A stretch of 59,947 bases of DNA, filler included, from Dugesia japonica (GCA_001938525.1; 5 parts of 5 records of this genome joined end to end with filler, not necessarily neighbours in it); one strand, 5' to 3'. Numbered from the whole stretch's first letter, positions 14,600-29,588 are shown. A program made the numbers and translations. The notes: a model not told the origin generated them from the sequence alone.

Positions 14600-15660
14600 T
14601 TATTTTGGGGTTTTTATATAATTTCCGCCGTACTTTGAATAAAAACTTATTAATTTTTTTACAGAATTCTCAATATATATTTTAGCGAAAATATTTTCCT
14701 TCATTTTTCATTACTTTCAGCAATATTTCTGGNNNNNNNNNNNNNNNNNNNNNNNNNNNNNNNNNNNNNNNNNNNNNNNNNNNNNNNNNNNNNNNNNNNN
14801 NNNNNNNNNNNNNNNNNNNNNNNNNNNNNNNNNNNNNNNNNNNNNNNNNNAGACCAATTTCGAGTAGTATGGCTGGGTGTGTTAGAGCTTCAGAGTTAAA
14901 TACTAACGATTTTTTAAACACTTTACACCATGTTGCCGAGCAGTGTCTTGAAAACGCATGACTATTTCAGGTCGGTTTTGCATAATTTCCGTATTCAATT
15001 TATTTAATTGTGGTTTGTACCTGTACTGGTCTCATTAGGTAGTAAAAACTCACAATAAACAACCCATTCTTCATGCTACCAAATAAAGAGTATTGATTTG
15101 TTTCCGCGAGTATTTTGTTTAGGAAGCGATGCGGTTGGCTGACCTCAATTCACCCTTTGCGTTTTAGATTGTTAAAATAGATCAATTTCTCATCAACAGT
15201 TATTATTCACCACAAAAACCGTTTCTTTTGATATCTAATAAGTAATGATACCAAGGTGTTAAAACGGCTATCAAATGTATCTCTAATCAAATAATGTAGA
15301 ACCCATTTCCTTTCTTTTTTAATCTTCCTTATCTGATGCAAATTCCTTAAAATTGTTGCAGACAGATACCTTTATTACTTTAAATATTCAGTTAAAGTCC
15401 GAGTAAAGTTGACATGAAAATATGCTTCCAAAACGACAACGTTAAACTTTATAAGCTGACTAATGCCTAGTTTATCAGCAATATTGTGATTGCCAATTTT
15501 GAATCATAAAAATCCTTTGATGCATGTTCTTTCTGATATAGCAGAATTTCTATAAGTCTCGTACAGTCAACGGTAGAGTTTCGTTGCGGTTTTCTTGTTA
15601 TCGAAACAGCGCAGAAAGACATGTTAAAAAATGGTTTTCACGTTCCATACTCTTCAAACT
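14600..15660 (-). mobile_element. Decayed mariner transposase
   Basis: Manual translation: KKTATKLY, KWVLHYL (WVPHEL-like), IITVDEKLIYFNN (GDEKW-like), FQDTARQH (HDNARPH-like), LTHP. Confidence 0.85.
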
Positions 15661-15899
15661 AAAATTACTTATGATTTTTATTAAATTATTATAGATATAA
15701 AATTTACTTTAAGTTTCATCTTTCAAAATTATATTGCTTTGTAAATACCGCTCTTTATTATTAGGAAAGGAAGTTAATTAAAACACCTAATATATACAGA
15801 CAATTTTAAATATTATTTTATTTAATCCCGAAACAAGATTATTGACTCCTCTCTATCCAGTAAAATTTTAACTTACTGGAAGTTTTTCAAAACCGTTTT

Positions 15900-17830
15900 A
15901 TATTCTTAAACCACACAAATTTAGTCATTATGACAATGTTTCATCTTGAAGACCTATTGCTTTATTATCTGGAATTTATAAAGTTTTTGCATTTATCTTA
16001 ACTAATCGGTAAAAATCATGAATTCAAAATAACTACTATTTACTTGTTAGACAGAAAGGATAATCAAAACATGAAAGATGTGCCGAATATAATTTGATTC
16101 ATACAGTTGCTATTTAACATTTAAATTACAGAAAAAAACCCTTTTTTGCTATTACTTGGTTTGATATAAAATGTGCATTTGATAGTGTTCCATATGAGTA
16201 TCTATGGTCCCTTCTCAGAGTTATTGGAGTTGATAAAAAATTTGTAAACAAAATAAAGCTCCTCTACACAGATGATCATTTATTCTATGAGTGTGACCCC
16301 ATCCTAGCTTCAGGTATTCCAATCAAACATGAAGTTTAATAAGAATGCGCTATTCTCGTTAGTCTCGCAATTGATTCTGTACTCCAAGCAATTTCCTCAT
16401 CAAATATTTCTCCATAAATTATCGGTACCTTGAAAAATTTATAGTATATAGCTTTGATAGCTGTGTTGTGTATTTTCTATCAATTATCAAAACAACCGTT
16501 CAAAGTGCTTCTGTAATGAAGTTTAAATTGAATCGTGAAAAATGTGCATATCTCCATGTACCATTTATTACTGTTAATAGTGAAATTTTGATAAATAATT
16601 TTAATATCAAAAAGGTAAACAGAAAAGAACTCTACTGATACCTTTGAGTACCTGTATGAGACAGAAACGATCAGAGTTCTTATGAAATTATTGATAAGTT
16701 AATTACTGATAAAAAACAATTTGCAAATTCTAATCTTTATAGATTGCAAAAGCTAAAGGCTTACTCTTCAATCTTACTCTTCAACCAATCTTCAATTTCT
16801 TTTCTAATGTGTGAACTTAAATGCAGTGCTCTCAGATATCCACAAAGAAATAAAAATTTCAAGGAGAGTAATACTCCTAAACTAAAAGATTAACTTGGTT
16901 GAAGTTTGAATCTTCCTCGTCATTCAGAAACATTCTATTTCTTTTATTATCTTAAAAATTGGTGAAGTAGTCTGTACTGACATGCTTGATAATTATCACA
17001 CTCAATGCATAATTCAATATTTCATACTGTTAACGTCAAAATGCTAATGCAATAGAAAAATAAACTCAGATTTACTATATTTTGTAGCAAATAATTGTAT
17101 CAATAAACCAAATCGAACTTTACAAGAATGCTTCCAATGGATTAATGGTTTGCAAATAAATCCAAATTCAAAGTCAAAAAAGACTCAGTTTTACCGTCTG
17201 AGAAATATTTGAGAAAACTTAACAATATTTGGATATCATTTGAAATAATTGATAAACAACCAGAATTACGTATCGTCAGAAATATATGGGGTACATATAT
17301 TATGAAGGCAACATTTAAACAAGAATTTGCTAGTGTTATTCACAATGCACTGTGTAACGCATATCTGGAAAAATATAAATTGAGCAATCTTAGCAAGATA
17401 TTCAAATCAGCTATTCAATTCTGCGCAATTATTAACAAAATGATTTATAAAAGCAAACTCAATGAATTTCAATAGAACTTAATTTACAGGGCTCGTCCAT
17501 TTATCCTAAATCAGACCAATCCACTTTGTCGCCGTTATCATGAGGCAAAGAAAAGGCTGAAAGTGTAATTAAAGTTTACCAACTAAAAAAAATATTTCAT
17601 GCTTGTAAACATCGTTAATTACCTCAAATCTCCAGACTTGATTATTGAAATTGATAATATGTGCTTATTCATCAATAACTATAAAGAACGTATCGACATG
17701 AGTATTACTAACGACGAAAAAAATAATCCATCTAATAGGCATCAAACGTCCATTATATTCGTAAAAGAATTTTCAATTGGTTAATAAAAGCAACCTGGTT
17801 AAATATGAAAACTTAATAAGTAAGATTCAA
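15900..17830 (+). mobile_element. Decayed non-LTR retrotransposon, probably RLE-type (R2/R4/NeSL group)
   Basis: RT motifs RPIALLSGIYKVF, CAEYN, WFDIKCAFDSVPY, KLNREKCA; QKLKAY; downstream PLCRR and RID/IKRP-like endonuclease remnants. Confidence 0.75.
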
Positions 17831-18510
17831 GTAATTCAATTATTAATTACAACAATGATAAAAAAAATCATAGATATTTCAAAATTGATGATAGTGTTAA
17901 AGAAGTAGAAGATAGCTTCTTTAAGACGCGTGAAATAAACATGATGATGTCTATAGAAAATTTTATCAAATTACAAATGGAGTACACAAAAATATCTATA
18001 AATTGAGGAATTCTGAAGGCATAGATAGTTTGAAATATAGAATGGCTAAAACCATTTAAACGAGAGGGAAGTGAGTTGATTACTCAATCATCTGTCATTA
18101 CCCGTGTAAATAGATTATGTCTGATTGTATGTATGTATGATAAACTACATTGATTTCTGAGTTCCAAATCATTATTTCATAGATTTTCTCAAGACTGCTG
18201 GCTTCTAAGAACACATATGTAGAAGCCGATGATATCCTATTGGTAGACATTAAATTTTTAGAAATCTGATTTGGAATTTATAATAACTATTGTTATTATT
18301 AATATTATTTTTATTATTATTCATTTAAAATCGATCAATGGTTACATCCAACAATTATTCTACAATGATTGCAATTGTAAAATTATTATTATTATTTTTA
18401 TTATTTTTATCATCAACATCATCATTAATGTCATCAACGTAAATTATTCAAATTATTTTAGATAACATAAANTCAATTAAATAATTTTATAATAAATAAA
18501 CAAAACTTAC

Positions 18511-18620
18511 AAGCAGTTTCTAGTGGCAATATCTTTATGTATTATATTTCTTTTATGAAGATATTTTATTGCTTTGACTAATTGAATAGCCAAAACAATC
18601 AAATGCGGAGTTGAGAATGT
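18511..18620 (-). CDS. RYK: Next exon of the RYK/Derailed-like kinase (catalytic loop)
   Basis: tttag|TFSTPHLIVLAIQLVKAIKYLHKRNIIHKDIATRNC|gtaag; HKD rather than HRD is typical of RYK/Drl; in phase with the previous exon across a 43-46-nt intron. Confidence 0.85.
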
Positions 18621-18663
18621 CTAAACTTTTAAATTATAAGCAATACGTAAAAATTTATATTAC

Positions 18664-18884
18664 CACCGCAATGTGATCTTCTTGATATGCATTGCGTTGC
18701 AGAATCAATTTTAAATTTCCAGGCTCCGTAAAACTGTATATTAACCATGGCGGTTGTACCATTTCATTACCTTGATATGATGCAGTACACGCTTTGATTA
18801 CTGGATTTAAATTATGATGCTTTAGACCAGCCAATAATGTTCCGTCTTTAATTAACACTGACGCTTGAGATATTGACGATGAAT
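18664..18884 (-). CDS. RYK: Internal exon of a host RYK/Derailed-like receptor tyrosine kinase (kinase N-lobe/hinge)
   Basis: AG/GT-bounded open exon (D)SSSISQASVLIKDGTLLAGLKHHNLNPV...PWLIYSFTEPGNLKLILQR, resembling RYK GLHHRNL...GNLKLFL; an alternative donor lies 3 nt away. Confidence 0.75.
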
Positions 18885-21150
18885 CTACATATTAATTTCC
18901 ATGTAAATCCTATGAAAATTTATTATTTTTATTATTAGTTCATTTGGTTTATTTAAGCAGACTTTAGTTTTTCCTAAAATCTTTGTGATTTTCCAATTTT
19001 AATCCATTTTCATTTGATGTTGAGAATTGACAAAGAGAATTATTTTACAATGACTTGTATATTTTGATTGAATAAATATTAGTTTTGATAAAAATTTAAA
19101 AAGCTTTTTAAAAAATAATAAAAATTAAAAATTTATTTGTATTTAACATATTTACAAAAATTTTAATAATAAAAAATTAAAAAGAAAATAATTTGAAAAT
19201 AGTAATTTTCTAAAATTAAACCATTTATTAATTTGATTGAAAATAAAAGGAAAACTTATGAGTGAAGTTTTTGTTCTATTTTCTCATTTAAATAATTTTA
19301 ATAAATTTTATCAAGATATAATTGCATTTTAATTGACAAGTTTTCAGCTTAATTATAATCTTTAGATAAAATATTAAATGCTTAAACTTTTTTTTTGTTT
19401 TTTGCTAATATTTCCCAAGAAATATAATTGTTTTCTATTAGGTTTTTTTATCCGTTAATTGTGTTTTATTTAACCATTTTGATTGCTTTTGTATTTTCAG
19501 TGTTTTGTAGTTGATTAACCTAACAAATTTCCCATATCTCTTCCTGATTATAATTACAATTAGAAATTAGAAAACATATTATTATTATTATTATTATTAT
19601 TTAAATTAATATTTTATTTCATACTAATATTNATAAATGTAAACCAGAGTAATTTAATACTCAATTACAATGATTTTCAAGTATTGTTGTTTTCATATTT
19701 AGTATGGAACATCTTTAATATACCAATACAGTTATTTAATTTAACAGAAATATATTTATGGAACGATTCAAATAACTTTAGAACGATTTTAATGAATGAG
19801 AAAAAAATACAAAGCTTCAGACTAATCAGCGCCATAATTAAAATGATAAAATCTATCGAAATATTCCGGTTAACTATTTCATAAATTAAATATTAAACCA
19901 AACTCACTGAATTCATGTTTGAAGTTTTAATAATAACTAAATAAGTGAATATGTTTGATTTTGAGAAAGAAAATTTTCAATTCAAAGCCACATCGAAGAA
20001 GTCTATAAACATAAATTCTTGAATTATCGAAATAAGATTGATGTGAGACATTTATTGATTTCATACCTAATAGTAATGAAGGCTTCGAACTTGGAAAATT
20101 TTTTTATAACTAGTAAGTGTATAGTTAACCAAATATTACAATATCCTTGTAATAATCTATTATGAAGACAAATAATTAAATTTTTAATAATAAGTTAAAC
20201 CATGCAAAGTTTATTATAACTAATATCTGGTTTTTTAATAATAGAATTTTTTTCCTGAATTTTAATTTTCTTCATAGAGATTATTAATTATATTCCTTGA
20301 AAATTTATTTTAAATATTCACACATTTTAATAATTAATCTTTTTCGATGATTTAAAGAATACATTAACTTTGTTATCAAAGAATTGGACTCAAGAAAGAT
20401 TTTCACAAGAAAATTGCACACACGAATATTGCCCACAATACGAATTTATTATAGGAACATACGTAAAATTTTCAATTTCCTTGTTTTACCTATATTGTAA
20501 GAATGTTTTTGCTCATTAACTATATTTTTGACGGAATCATACTAAAATGTTTTATATTATTTGTCTTTAAAAATTATTATGTAGTAATTTTAAGACAAAA
20601 TTGGAAAACTGTAAAACTTTGTTTTAATAATTCTGCTGGAGTTATTTTTTAAAATGATCACTTATTATAGAAGAGTATATTTCTTTGATTATAACAGAAT
20701 TTAAGAATAATCAGGATTGTAATAATGTAGTCGAATTGATAATACTGTAGAAAATTAGTCTTTTTAATAACAGGGTTGAAGTTAGAAGAGATTGTATCAA
20801 ACGCACTGTAAAATATTAATTAAACTAACAATTTATAATCAAATAATGATAGTAAAAGGTTCGACCATAATAGATCATAAAAATTGCCATAAAGAAATTA
20901 AGTAATAGTAATAATTATTAACGATAATAACGATAATAATAACAATAGTAATGTGAAGAGTACTAGTAATGGTTATAATAGCACCAATAATAGTATTAAG
21001 ATAGTAATAGTAACACTGTACTATCCCCCTGCTCGTATAAAAAAGTGGTATAGAAATTTGCAATGTAAATAAGGGCGCACATTTGTGTGTTTTATAATTA
21101 CAATTATTTCGAGAATAACCATTGATAGCATTTGATATTTCATTAAAATA

Positions 21151-21475
21151 TGCGCGAAAAATTTAAATTTGAAAAAGAATATTCAAAAAATTGACATCTA
21201 TCAAAAAGTCATCTTGTTCCTGAAGAAGACAATAGTTGAAAATTTGAATATATATAAAACAACAATTTAATTTTATCAAAGCTATTTCTTTATTTATGAA
21301 ATCACAGTATAAAAATTTTCAATGTAAATAGACGACAAGCAAAATTAATGTGCGAGTACATAACTTTTGCTCGTACTTTTTGTGTGCATAGTTCAAAATT
21401 TTTAGATTATTTCAATTTTTGAATAGTTTACCAAATTTTTTGAATACTTCTTTTCAAATTAAAATTTTTCGCGCA
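21151..21475. repeat. MITE-like foldback with ~45-bp inverted repeats
   Basis: TGCGCGAAAAATTTAAATTTGAAAAAGAATATTCAAAAAATT matches the rc of 21431-21475. Confidence 0.75.
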
Positions 21476-23303
21476 CTTTTTATTTTAAAATTATTTAAAT
21501 TTATGTATTGATTGTTGACTTGTTTAAATATTTAAATTTTTTTTCAAGTTTACATTTTATTTTCAAATTTCATATTTTTTATAAACAGCAAATAATANTT
21601 ATAAATTATAAACACAAAATAAAATTATAAATACATAATAAAAACGATATATCATGCATACATAATAGTAGTAATAATAATTACAAATACCATAATAATA
21701 ATTATCAGGTTAATTTAAAATCCCTAAAATTTCTTCTGATTTACTCATGAATATAGCTTATTAAATAATAAATTTAGTTATTAAATATAATAATAAAAGT
21801 TTATTAATTATACTTTTAAAACGTAAATTATTAATAATCACAAAAGAATAAACAATTAAATACAAAGTTTTATTTAAATAAATTCTAACCTGAACCAATA
21901 AAATTTTAACTGCAATGAAAAACAATAATGCCAATTTTCCAAAAATTTTAACTAATCAAGCCAAGCAATTTTAAAAAGTTTTCACAACAAAAACCCAAAA
22001 TTCAAAATACAAACAAAACCATATTTCCTAAAAAATTCACTATCATAAATTCCTTACAATAATATTAATAAATAAGAAATTTCAGTATAGTATTACATAA
22101 GAATTTTACTCTAATAATTTTACTATATTAATTTTAGATTTTAATTTTATTAAGTAAATTTTTACTCTATAATTTTAATTAGGTTAAATTTTTATTCTAT
22201 AATTTTATATAGATTAAATTTTAGTAATTAATTTTCAAGCAGTTGATTTTAGAATTTAATTTTTAATTAGTTTTATTATAAATTTTACATAGATTAATTT
22301 TTATAAGTTTAATTTAACATATAATATTTTTAACAGTTAATATTAAACTTTTGACCCGGTTTATATTATAATAAAAGGTAAGCAGTAAATAACAAAATAA
22401 CAAGTCAAAGATTTTTTCATATAATACATTTATTTAACATAATCACATGAATACAATTTCCATATTGATTTTTTCAACCACAAATTATGGAATTTTACAG
22501 AAAGAGGGAATAAGTGTTGATCTATAGTTTCTATGAAAATTTTTATTATCGCTGAAAAAAAATCATGAAAACAGAGAAAGAAATTATTACACAATAGCCT
22601 ACTGATCATTGCCACGATTCATCTATTAAAAAAAGGAGTTATTATTTTGAAAAGAAAAATGAAACAGGTTATCAGTGGAAATAATAAGACCCCGTGAACT
22701 GGTTTCTAAGGTCCAGAAATAAATATTGGTTTATTTGTTTAAAAGATCTAGTATGACTAAGAATCTTTCGTATTATAGAAGACATGTATATTGAAGCTCC
22801 TGTAAGTAGAAATGCACAGTTTCCAATGTAGATATGGAATCATTACAACATAGAATTTAAATATAACTTAAAATTGTTATAGAGATAATTAAAAATAAAT
22901 TCGAGTTTAGAGATGTCTTTGATTTAAATTAGATTTAGAAGAAAATTTCGATTTAGGAAATTTAGAAGAAAAACAAATTTCTGAAATAATATTAAAAACA
23001 ATTTCATCTTTTTAAAGAATTCCTAAAAATATTCCATATATAAATATNNGTATTTTACTTACAAAGTCTAAGAAAAAAATAGAATAATTCTGCAATGAAA
23101 TTAAAAGGAAATTTGTTACTAAGTTTTCTCAATTAAATTTCAATTGGAAATTTTAAACTAAAAATATCTTTATAGCATACACCGGTAATCTGAAGTGTAA
23201 AATTATTTATTTAATTTACTTAGCAATAGAATAATGTTTATTTTTTAAAATTTCAAAGATTTAAATCGTAAAAATATTGATTAAATTTCAATATTATTAT
23301 TAC

Positions 23304-23360
<57 letters not shown>

Positions 23361-23481
23361 NNNNNNNNNNNNNNNNNNNNNNNNNNNNNNNNNNNNNNNN
23401 NNNNNNNNNNNNNNNNNNNNNNNNNNNNNNNNNNNNNNNNNNNNNNNNNNNNNNNNNNNNNNNNNNNNNNNNNNNNNNNNN

Positions 23482-23537
<56 letters not shown>

Positions 23538-23699
23538 AAACTTTGAAACGTCATTGAAATATATATTTCTGTATAACATGTTTCGACAGCATAACTGTCG
23601 TCTTTGCATACAATAATTTAATTCTTTTTGGAAAATTCTTTATTATTTATTTCTTTTTTTCATTTTTTTAAAAAATTATTATAAAAAATTCCGATTATG

Positions 23700-26150
23700 T
23701 AAACAATTTTGCAATCTCTTCAATAAATCATTTCAATTAAAAAAATTTAATAAAGATTTAGAAAGACCAGTTTGAACATTAATTTTTGGATAAATTGATC
23801 TAATCATCCATGCTTCACACATGACTCTCTTCCAATAATCTGTAAAGTTTTTGCACAAAGTTTTAAAATTATTTATACTGATAACTGATTTACAATAATT
23901 GTTATGTTCAGCAAAATTCTTCCACTATCAACTTGACGATGCTCTTGAATTCTTGTACAGAGATGACGCGAAGTCTCTCCAATGTATTTAGCATTACACC
24001 CATTACATTCATATTTATAAAAAAGATCAAAACTCAATTGAATTGGTGTTTTAGACTTATTACTAAACATATTTATGATTTTATAAGATTGCAAAACAAT
24101 TTTAAAATNNNNNNNNNNNNNNNNNNNNNNNNNNNNNNNNNNNNNNNNNNNNNNNNNNNNNNNNNNNNNNNNNNNNNNNNNNNNNNNNNNNNNNNNNNNN
24201 NNNNNNNNNNNNNNNNNNNNNNNNNNNNNNNNNNNNNNNNNNNNNNNNNNNNNNNNNNNNNNNNNNNNNNNNNNNNNNNNNNNNNNNNNNNNNNNNNNNN
24301 NNNNNNNNNNNNNNNNNNNNNNNNNNNNNNNNNNNNNNNNNNNNNNNNNNNNNNNNNNNNNNNNNNNNNNNNTTGAATGTTAGCACAAAACCTCAAATAT
24401 GTAGAGGAAAGAGTCCACAATCTATGCAACAATCTTTTAATCATACTTATAACACGATTCACAAAAGCTACCAAGAGATGTATACAAGCCTATATCCGTA
24501 TGTTTGTAATAAATCTCTGTTTCATAATGTTTGGACTTTCTTACTATTAATAAGTCAAGGAAAAAGATTTTGATTTACACTTCATTTCTGTAGTAAATTT
24601 AATGTTGCTATGCAACAAATACATTGAAATAGTAAAGGATTATTAAAAATCAAAAATATATCATCCACATAGCGTTTATATACTAATGGTTTATTTCCAA
24701 TAAACAAATCCATCTTTTTCTCAATATTTAAAAAAACAAAGAAGCTTAAGTAGGAGCCAAAGGTAAACCCATAGCAACTCCATCAACTTATTTGTACCAT
24801 TCATCATTAAACAAAAAATTTATATTAGACGTAGAAAAGCTCAAAAGTTCCCTAAAAGCAGTCACACTTAACAAATTATGCTCAGACAAATATTTCTCCC
24901 ATTTTTCACAACAAAGATTATTAGCTCCATCTAATGTAACATTTGTAAATAAACTAACAACATCAAAGGACACCATACATTCAGTACTACTACCAACTTC
25001 AAAATTAGAAGTAAAATTACAAAAATCTAAGCTATTTTTTCATTCATATTTTGAGTCAATCAAAGGTTTAATTTTCTTATTTCAAAACTTAGCAAGATTA
25101 TACTGAGCTGTGTGAATTATGGATAACACAGGTCTTATAGGAACATTACTCTTATGGACTTTAGGAAGACCATATAACTTAGCTTGCTGTGAACCAACCC
25201 CCTTAAGAACCTTATACAATTCAGAATCAAGAAGTTTATCATTGATTTTTTTTTAATAAGCCATTCAAACATTTTTGTCTTTAATTGGTGGCAATTTACC
25301 ATTTTTACGAAATTTATTAATTTTACAAAATTGTGGTATTTTTAAAACCTCTTCTATTTTACTTATATAATCAAAATAATTCAAAATTACAAGACCGTTA
25401 CCCTTATCGAATTTACAAATTTTAATTGGTATTTTGGTACGATTTTTTAAAATATTAAAACCAGTGTTACTTTGCTCAAAGTTTTTGTTTAAATATTCAT
25501 TAGAATATTTTAATAACGCGTGTTTTAAATTTCCAAAATTACAATCAAAGTTTTTTCCCTCAAATTTAGTCAAATTAAAATTAAAATATGACTCAATCTT
25601 AGATTGAAACTGTAATTGATCAATCCTTTTCTAATACCGAATTTAGGTCCAGATTTTAATAAATTTATTTCATCATCCGATAAAACTATATCACTGAAAT
25701 TTTAAAACACCAAAAAGCTTTCTTAAATTACAAATCTTTTTATTTTGTGCAAAAAANNNNNNNNNTTAATTAACTTTTTTGAATTATTATTCAAGATTTT
25801 AATGCATAAATGAAAACAATTAACAGAACTTACATATAACATTTCTCTAATATGAGTTGATTGATTAACTATGCCGTTTCTCATTCTTTTCTCTTTTCCA
25901 GCATTTTTCTTAGAATTTTCTTATGGATTAGTCTTGTATCTTCTTTCGATAAACAATCATGAATTGATTTGGTGAAAATAAATTTTGGTAAAATATTTTC
26001 ATCAACACATGTTTCTAAAAAGCAGATATCAGCTTCTTTCTTCATTAACATTTGGAAATTTTCATATATTTCTTAAACTTAAGAAATAAATCAGGACTAA
26101 TATTATCAAAGAAACATGGCAATTATTTAATAAAAACTTTGAAACGCCAT
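23700..26150 (-). mobile_element. Near full-length decayed Penelope-like element (RT + GIY-YIG endonuclease)
   Basis: KFDKGNGLVIL, YGLPKVHK, RPVLS, MVSFDVVSLFTNV, YKRYVDD, and YKYECNGCNAKYIGETSRHLCTRIQEH (GIY-YIG). Confidence 0.93.
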
Positions 26151-29100
26151 TTAAATGAAAAATTGCCACCGATTTAAGACGAAGAGAGTTTGAATTGTGA
26201 TATAGTGTCGTGTGATTAAATGTCACGTGATTAAGTGTTACCAAACCTATTTGTAATGTGTATATTTTATCAATAAATCTTGTTATTAGAACTNTGTTTT
26301 CAAATTTTATAAATAGTTTTATTTTTTATTCGTGTTTTGGTATAATGGATTTTATATTTTTCAAAAAAGACTTAAACGATAAAATGAAGTTTTAGACTGA
26401 TAAAAGTTTTCATATTGCTATTATTCAAATATAAATAAAAATATAAATTAAGTTTTCTTGCTTTAAAGTTTTACATATGTAAAATCGAAAATACTTTTCC
26501 TTCAATCTATTATAAAAAATATTTCACAATTTTTAAAGAAAAAATGCATCATTAAAATCTTTAGTCAAGATTAGACAGTATTTTCTGTATTTCTATAATG
26601 AATAACATTTATTTCTACAAGAATAATTACCCATTTATTATCAAAACTGTTGTAATTGCTCTGTGATAAGATAAAACTATTCAATTTTATTTATAGAATG
26701 TTTTATTAGAATTATTTAGAAAATAATATTTAAAATGAAAACGCTATTACTTGAAAAAAATAAAACTTTAATTAGCTAAAATAAAAATAAAACTTATTTT
26801 TAATTTTTTTATTTTTAAAATTTTTTTTAAAATAATNNNNNNNNNNNNNNNNNNNNNNNNNNNNNNNNNNNNNNNNNNNNNNNNNNNNNNNNNNNNNNNN
26901 NNNNNNNNNNNNNNNNNNNNNNNNNNNNNNNNNNNNNNNNNNNNNNNNNNNNNNNNNNNNNNNNNNNNTCTATTGATTTTGTCCAAAGTAAATACTTCGT
27001 ATTCACTGGACCACATCACAACGACAATTACGTAACTATGATTTTAATATTGAATATAAATTATTTTCTATTAAAATGAGTCAACATTTAAAAGAAATTT
27101 GAAAAGCTTGCAAGAATATACATTTTAAATAATATTAATTCAGTTATTTAATTAAAGATTTATAAATTAAGTGAAATTTGATTGGTATTTTTATATTAAA
27201 AATTGATTAAAAAGGTTAAAATTCATTCCGATTTCATATTTATTTTTCTACTTTCAACAAAATCTTTCATTAATTAATACATTTACAATTTTCAAACATT
27301 ATCAACATGAGCAAATATTCAACTTGTCTTTATTGTCTTCATTTACTACGAATTTCAGTCACCGAGTGAAGTTGTAAAGTTGCATCCAAAAATATTTCGG
27401 GAAACATTTAACAATCTACGAAAATATAATTTAAATGTTAGAATAAATTCAAGACTGATGGAAACCTTTGGATGATTTTAAAGATAATATATACATATAT
27501 ATATATATTGTAGATAGTTTGAAAACGAATGATTAAAGAAATAACAAATGTTTATCAGAAAAACTTCTAAGTATGCAAAAAGAGTAACGTTGGTTTGATG
27601 AGTAATTAAGTCGTTCGGTATTGAATTAAATACTTTTTACAACTTTTCAGTATCTTTGTTTTGGTTATTTTTTCTTCTAGAATTACCACAGAATGCAATG
27701 CCGTACATTTATATTATGATTCATTTTTGCGCTTTAAACTCTGCTTATAAATAAATAATATTTTTATTGATTTAAAGCTAATATATGACGCGACACAATA
27801 AGAATATATGAGTGAAAAGTTAAACAATAGAATCTGTTTTATTCGTGCTTTGAAGAATTATGAAATTTTGACAAGAATATTAATATATTAAAAATAGTTT
27901 ATTAATTACTAACTACATAAAAATCACTTGAAAATTTGCCTTTTTTTTGTTCTATAAACAAACTCTAATATAAAATATTATCAGAGCCTTTCACAAATCA
28001 ATAAAACGCACAAAATGAAAAACTTAGAGAATACGATAAATTAAAGTTTTTAACATTTTTAAGTTTTTAGTTGACCTTGAAGCTTTTAGGTGTTAGCAAT
28101 TTTATTTAAAAATAAATTAATTATTATATTGCCATTTATTTTATTTAACATTTAAGTAATAATTTTGTTTTCTTCTTTTAGTATATAATATATGAAATAT
28201 ACTAACAAACGTTGAAAAAGTGAAATCTTTTGTGTTGTCACTCACATACATAAAATGTATAGTATTTAACCCGAAAATAAGACTTTAGCATGATTTGAAG
28301 AACNNNNNNNNNNNNNNNNNNNNNNNNNNNNNNNNNNNNNNNNNNNNNNNNNNTAACATCGTTTTTGATGATTAATTTTCTGGATTGATATGTAAAACAC
28401 GGTCATAAAACAAATTGATAGTCAAGCAATTTATGACTTAAATCATGCGGTTGCACATTTGCAATCAATCAGAAAATTTTATTGTCTTTTTGTATGATGG
28501 GATACCCATAAAAAGCAATTTCAAGTGGAAATATTAGTGAAACTAGAAACTGACAATGAAAAATACTCTATTCCATGGAAGATCACGAAGAAGATACATG
28601 TGAGAAGATATCGTATACGAAATGCAAGTGAATAGAGCTGGAAAGGAATGTAGAAAAGCTTCAACACATTCTTTTAATTGAGTGGATGTAAGGAAATAAA
28701 TAAAGTTAAATCATTGAAAATTATGAGTAAATAGTTTAAAGAAAAAAAAATAAAATTAATTAAAAGAATATTATTTAATTTTCAGGTTGTTTAAATATTC
28801 AAGTTAAAAGAAGACAGAATTTAAAAATGAATTTTTTTTGGATATATCATAAATTTTTAATTTAATTATAAAGTTTTAATTATTTAATATTGTTCGAGTT
28901 TCTAAGGATTTAATCATTAAAACTAATTATTTTTGTTTATCATATTCCGTATTATGTCGATCAATAATAAGAATTTATCTGTCACTAACAAGATTTATTT
29001 ATTATTATCAAAGTAATGTTTTATGAGGTATGAGAAAATTTGAGGACAAAATATNAACGTGTTTAAGGACGACTTTTCTATATTGTTCTATTTATGTAAA

Positions 29101-29550
29101 TGAAAATAATTAATAGAAAAATTGTATATCCTATAATTTAGCTGAAAAAGATAAATTTAGTTTAGTCTGATATGTTAATTTAAACCACTGTTTATTTCTT
29201 AATAAAATATAAATTCACATCTATCAGAAAATTTTCAAGAAATCTGGAAAGTTTTAAAAAAATAAAAGTAAAAAAAATTTTTAGATTTATTTTGGAAAAT
29301 TGAAGTCATAAAAATAATGGNNNNNNNNNNNNNNNNNNNNNNNNNNNNNNNNNNNNNNNNNNNNNNNNNNNNNNNNNNNNNNNNNNNNNNNNNNNNNNNN
29401 NNNNNNNNNNNNNNNNNNNNNNNNNNNNNNNNNNNNNNNNNNNNNNNNNNNNNNNNNNNNNNNNNNTTGTTATTATAATTGTTATTATTATTATAATTGT
29501 TATTATTTTTATCATTATTATTATTACTATTATTATTATTATTATTATAA

Positions 29551-29588
<38 letters not shown>

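Noticed and set aside
22600-22850. EDMYI...QFPM*IWNHY resembling a MULE transposase C-terminus
   Set aside because: Single short motif with no TIR or catalytic region found
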